Source of the DNA: Phoronis australis
Lineage: Eukaryota; Animalia; Phoronida
Direction of reading: 5' to 3'
NCBI GenBank assembly: GCA_002633005.1
Contig: NMRA01000095.1
Span: 591,978-629,936 of the forward strand
Length of the DNA stretch: 37,959 nt
The notes beneath the pieces were generated by a model. The model did not search any database, had not been told where the DNA came from, and saw only the letters and a program-made list of their open reading frames with translations. Below are positions 34,874-37,959 of this stretch, one piece after another. A program made the position numbers and the translations under genes. The first letter of the stretch is position 1. The number at the start of each line of letters is the position of its first letter.

Positions 34874-37800
34874 CTGAGGGGAAAGGTGCCTGTACCGTCT
34901 GAGGAGGGAATTGTTTTGCTAAGTAAGGGGAAAATATCCACGCCCATCCGAGTGCCAACCCTCCGATGGATGGGCGCTAGCTTGGGTAGTGGACACTTAA
35001 TTGACACTCTTGTGAGGAGCGCTTAATCCAGAAAATTTTCAGAAGCAGGGGTTGGCGTTAACCCAAATTTCTTTGTGCTATTCACTTTGTCAATTAATAG
35101 TGGTCTGTATGACAGCCCGATAGCTGTTATAAATATTATATGGTTGAATACTTAGAAAAATGTGTGGTTTGAAAGATATCCACTACAAGGTTTGTCGTCA
35201 TTGCCTACGAACTGAAAACCAATACAGACAAAGCAGATTATGACCCTATGGATGTCATGCTGTGACAGATCACCATTAAAGTGTTCAAATGTGAGTTTTG
35301 CACTTTGTTATGAAGGCTTGTCTTTGCCTAAGTGATCTTATTGTGTACAACGAATCATATGTCTGATGAGATTCGTTTAGGCCAGTCTCAGTATGGTTTG
35401 TTGTCTGGTTGTTTGTGATTTTCTCAACAGGTGGCAGTTAGTGTCTGCTTACTCAATGATATGGTACCTGAGGCTGGTTTCTATAAGAAATCACACTGTT
35501 TTACGAGCTATGTGAATGCTAATTTAGCCAAATTCAAAAACCATGTCATGTGTCTAAGAAAAAATGTGTCCTCTTTTGTCCGCTATTTAAGTGAATTGGA
35601 TGCAATCTGCCAACAGATTTAGCTACAGCTATCTAAAACTTGGCTTTATTGAAATTCACTTTGTCCCAAACTTAGTCAAGATTAAAGGTGATTTCAGCAA
35701 CATCTTGCGACTATTAGTTAATGAGAGTGTTTAGTGTTGACTAACAAGGTGTTTAGTATTTTCATTGCAGAAAATAAAAGTGTTCAATGCTGTAATTCTG
35801 TCAAATTTTAGAGCACTTCACAGGTCTATTCTAAAACCTCATCATGCGAACAAAAGACTTGTAGTTATTGAACAGTTATTTTATTCTCTCTGGCTTTTAT
35901 AAATACTCTAGGGCACTACAGCAGAGACTTAACTTGGCTTACAAAGGACAAACAGAGGTATTCAATCAGACTGTTTGTAGTAGAAGGCCCATTGTCGGCC
36001 AACATTCCTCACATTCTTCAAGCCCTGTCTCACAGCCTGCTCAACACAGGTCTCTCAAAGCAATGGTTCTGTGATTTGAAGCAAAGGTCTGTTCTCTGTT
36101 GTCTGCCCTTGACGGTCTGCGAGTGTGAGCTCCCAGCAATTGTGGCTGGTGTTGGTTTCAAGGCAGATTCCTTGCTGTTGAAGAGTCCAGCCATTTTAAA
36201 CTTCCGAGGAAGCTGGTGAGTTTATATTCACTGAACAAATTGTGTAGGTTTTGTCCTTAGATGTTTCCTCAGTAGGCCTTGATCAGCGAATGTCTTGTCT
36301 AGATCTGGGTGTAGTAAACTGACATTGTCACTGATTGGTTGGAAATAGATGCACTGGATGTGCTTGTGTTTATAATTTTCACTGTAATTCTTCTACAGAT
36401 GTGAGATATACTTGTCGGATATGATATAGGATAAAAGATGGTTAGATTGTGATGTGCATTGATTTGTACTTACTGTGTAGACAGCGTTCTAGCGATTATT
36501 TTGGGATTATTTTTAAACAATCTTTGCCATATTGTTTTCTTCAATTTTGGACGCTCTCGGTGCTGCCCCATTTCTCTCAGGTAGTCTTGACAGTGGTAGT
36601 TATCAGCCTAAGTCTATTAGTACCTGAGGTTAGAATATGAAGTTATGAACTGTTGAGTTGTTTGTGTCATTCCAGTCTGATGAATGTTTCAGTAGTAGGT
36701 CGTCTATGTACAAGTGACCACAAAAGTCAAACTACATGGAGTTGATAATGATCCCTGTCTGTAAAGCTCGGAAATCATTATGGTGTTAAGCGATCTATTT
36801 TGTCTGTCTCTCAATTTGTGATTAGTTCTGCTGACTGTCTGGCTTTTGGTGTGTTTTGAAAGGAAAAGTTGGAAAGACTGTGGGTGGTAAGATACCTGAC
36901 ATGTAATGATTTGCTGCGAAGCGTGGTGAAAACCATGGTTCTCTCTGGCGAAAATTCAAACATGATTCAAATTAATTGTCATGTATTCATATCATAATTC
37001 TTCTTCAAATGCTAATTCTTACATTGTTGAAACTCCACAAGATCACAGCTCGTTTTAACCTTTCCCAGTGACTCCCCTCCTGCAGGAACATCAGAATTAC
37101 CAGTAGTTATAGGTATTTAACACCAGATGGCACAGTTGATACGCACTGTGTGTTGCATGTCACGACCTCTATCGAGAGTAGAGTTAACCTTTTCCATTGC
37201 AAGTGGGCTGCACAAATCCGTAGTTTAATCCACCTTTTTTGTTTAATCCCAGTTTTGTTCCGCACTCGTATGGGTGCTTATATTTTGTAAAAATATGGAA
37301 TGGTATTAAAACAAAATGTCTTCAGAAGAGTCAAGTCGATTCGCTCACACAAATACCTTCACACTTAAACACATGTGCTGTAATAAGCATGCACACCAGC
37401 CAGAAAGATCCATTTCATACCTCCTTTAGTAAAGAACAGAATATTTTCGTGCCTCAGGAGTCAGTGGGTTAAGGTGATGATTAGTTACTGAAATAGAAGC
37501 AAGTAGCGTAGTTGCATACGTTTTGGAATCTTAAACGAGACGGGAGTTCAGAAAGATACTGTCCAGGGCTTTGAAGCAGGGCTTGGAATTTTTCGCGGAA
37601 ACGCGGATTTCCGCTTTTTTCAAATGTGCTGTCCGCTTTTTTATAATATTTCCGCGTAAAAAAAATCGGATTTGATATAAAATTGCCGAGGCAAATTCCT
37701 TTCTTACCGCGGCGTTGCAGACGACGTTCACCTCGAAAAGCGGAAGTTGCTCTTTATGTTTCGGAGGAACGTAAATTGTCAACATTGCCAGGGCACCTGG

Positions 37801-37959
37801 GACAGCGTGCTGAGATTTTCAATAGCGTCTCGCGTTACTGTTAAGCGCGGCGACAAATACTACCGCTCTGCAGCCAAAAATTTGTGGGGTTGGGAGTGGA
37901 CAGGCGAGCTAAAAGGATGCAGACGCATGCTACTGATGGTGGTAACGTTTTTTTTTTTT

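Noticed and set aside
36046-36213. Open minus-strand frame (LPRKFKMAGLFNSKES...) and overlapping + strand ORF 35992-36219 with a GTGAGT donor
   Set aside because: Signals conflict between strands and there is no recognisable homology, so no gene can be assigned.
19548-37785. Numerous 60-110 aa ORFs in the right half of the window
   Set aside because: Compositions are typical of translated AT-rich non-coding DNA (F/L/I/C/K-rich), many have non-ATG starts, and none has a recognisable domain.

Overview
AT-rich eukaryotic (animal) genomic DNA, probably an invertebrate deuterostome (inferred from protein similarity, intron sizes and repeat style). The main feature is a complete 14-exon + strand gene for the ciliary radial-spoke/CSC protein CFAP91 (MAATS1), CDS 6659-19260. 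By my exon arithmetic it is 2523 nt (840 aa plus stop), with all introns GT-AG and phase-consistent. It has an IQ-like motif, an unusual C-terminal tail of 24-aa Ser/Thr-rich repeats, a promoter X-box/YY1 pair and three intronic RFX X-box-like palindromes. An antisense solo LTR sits about 280 bp upstream of the ATG. At the left end is a minus-strand reading frame broken by an in-frame TGA that resembles a decayed carbohydrate 6-O-sulfotransferase. The right half (20-38 kb) has no recognisable protein gene. It holds MITEs, tandem repeats, a 579-bp duplication joined by a single N (likely an assembly artefact), a cluster of CTCF-like motifs and several candidate minus-strand micro-exons. I found no CRISPR array, rRNA or tRNA, and nothing I can support as a new biological system beyond the hypotheses listed.
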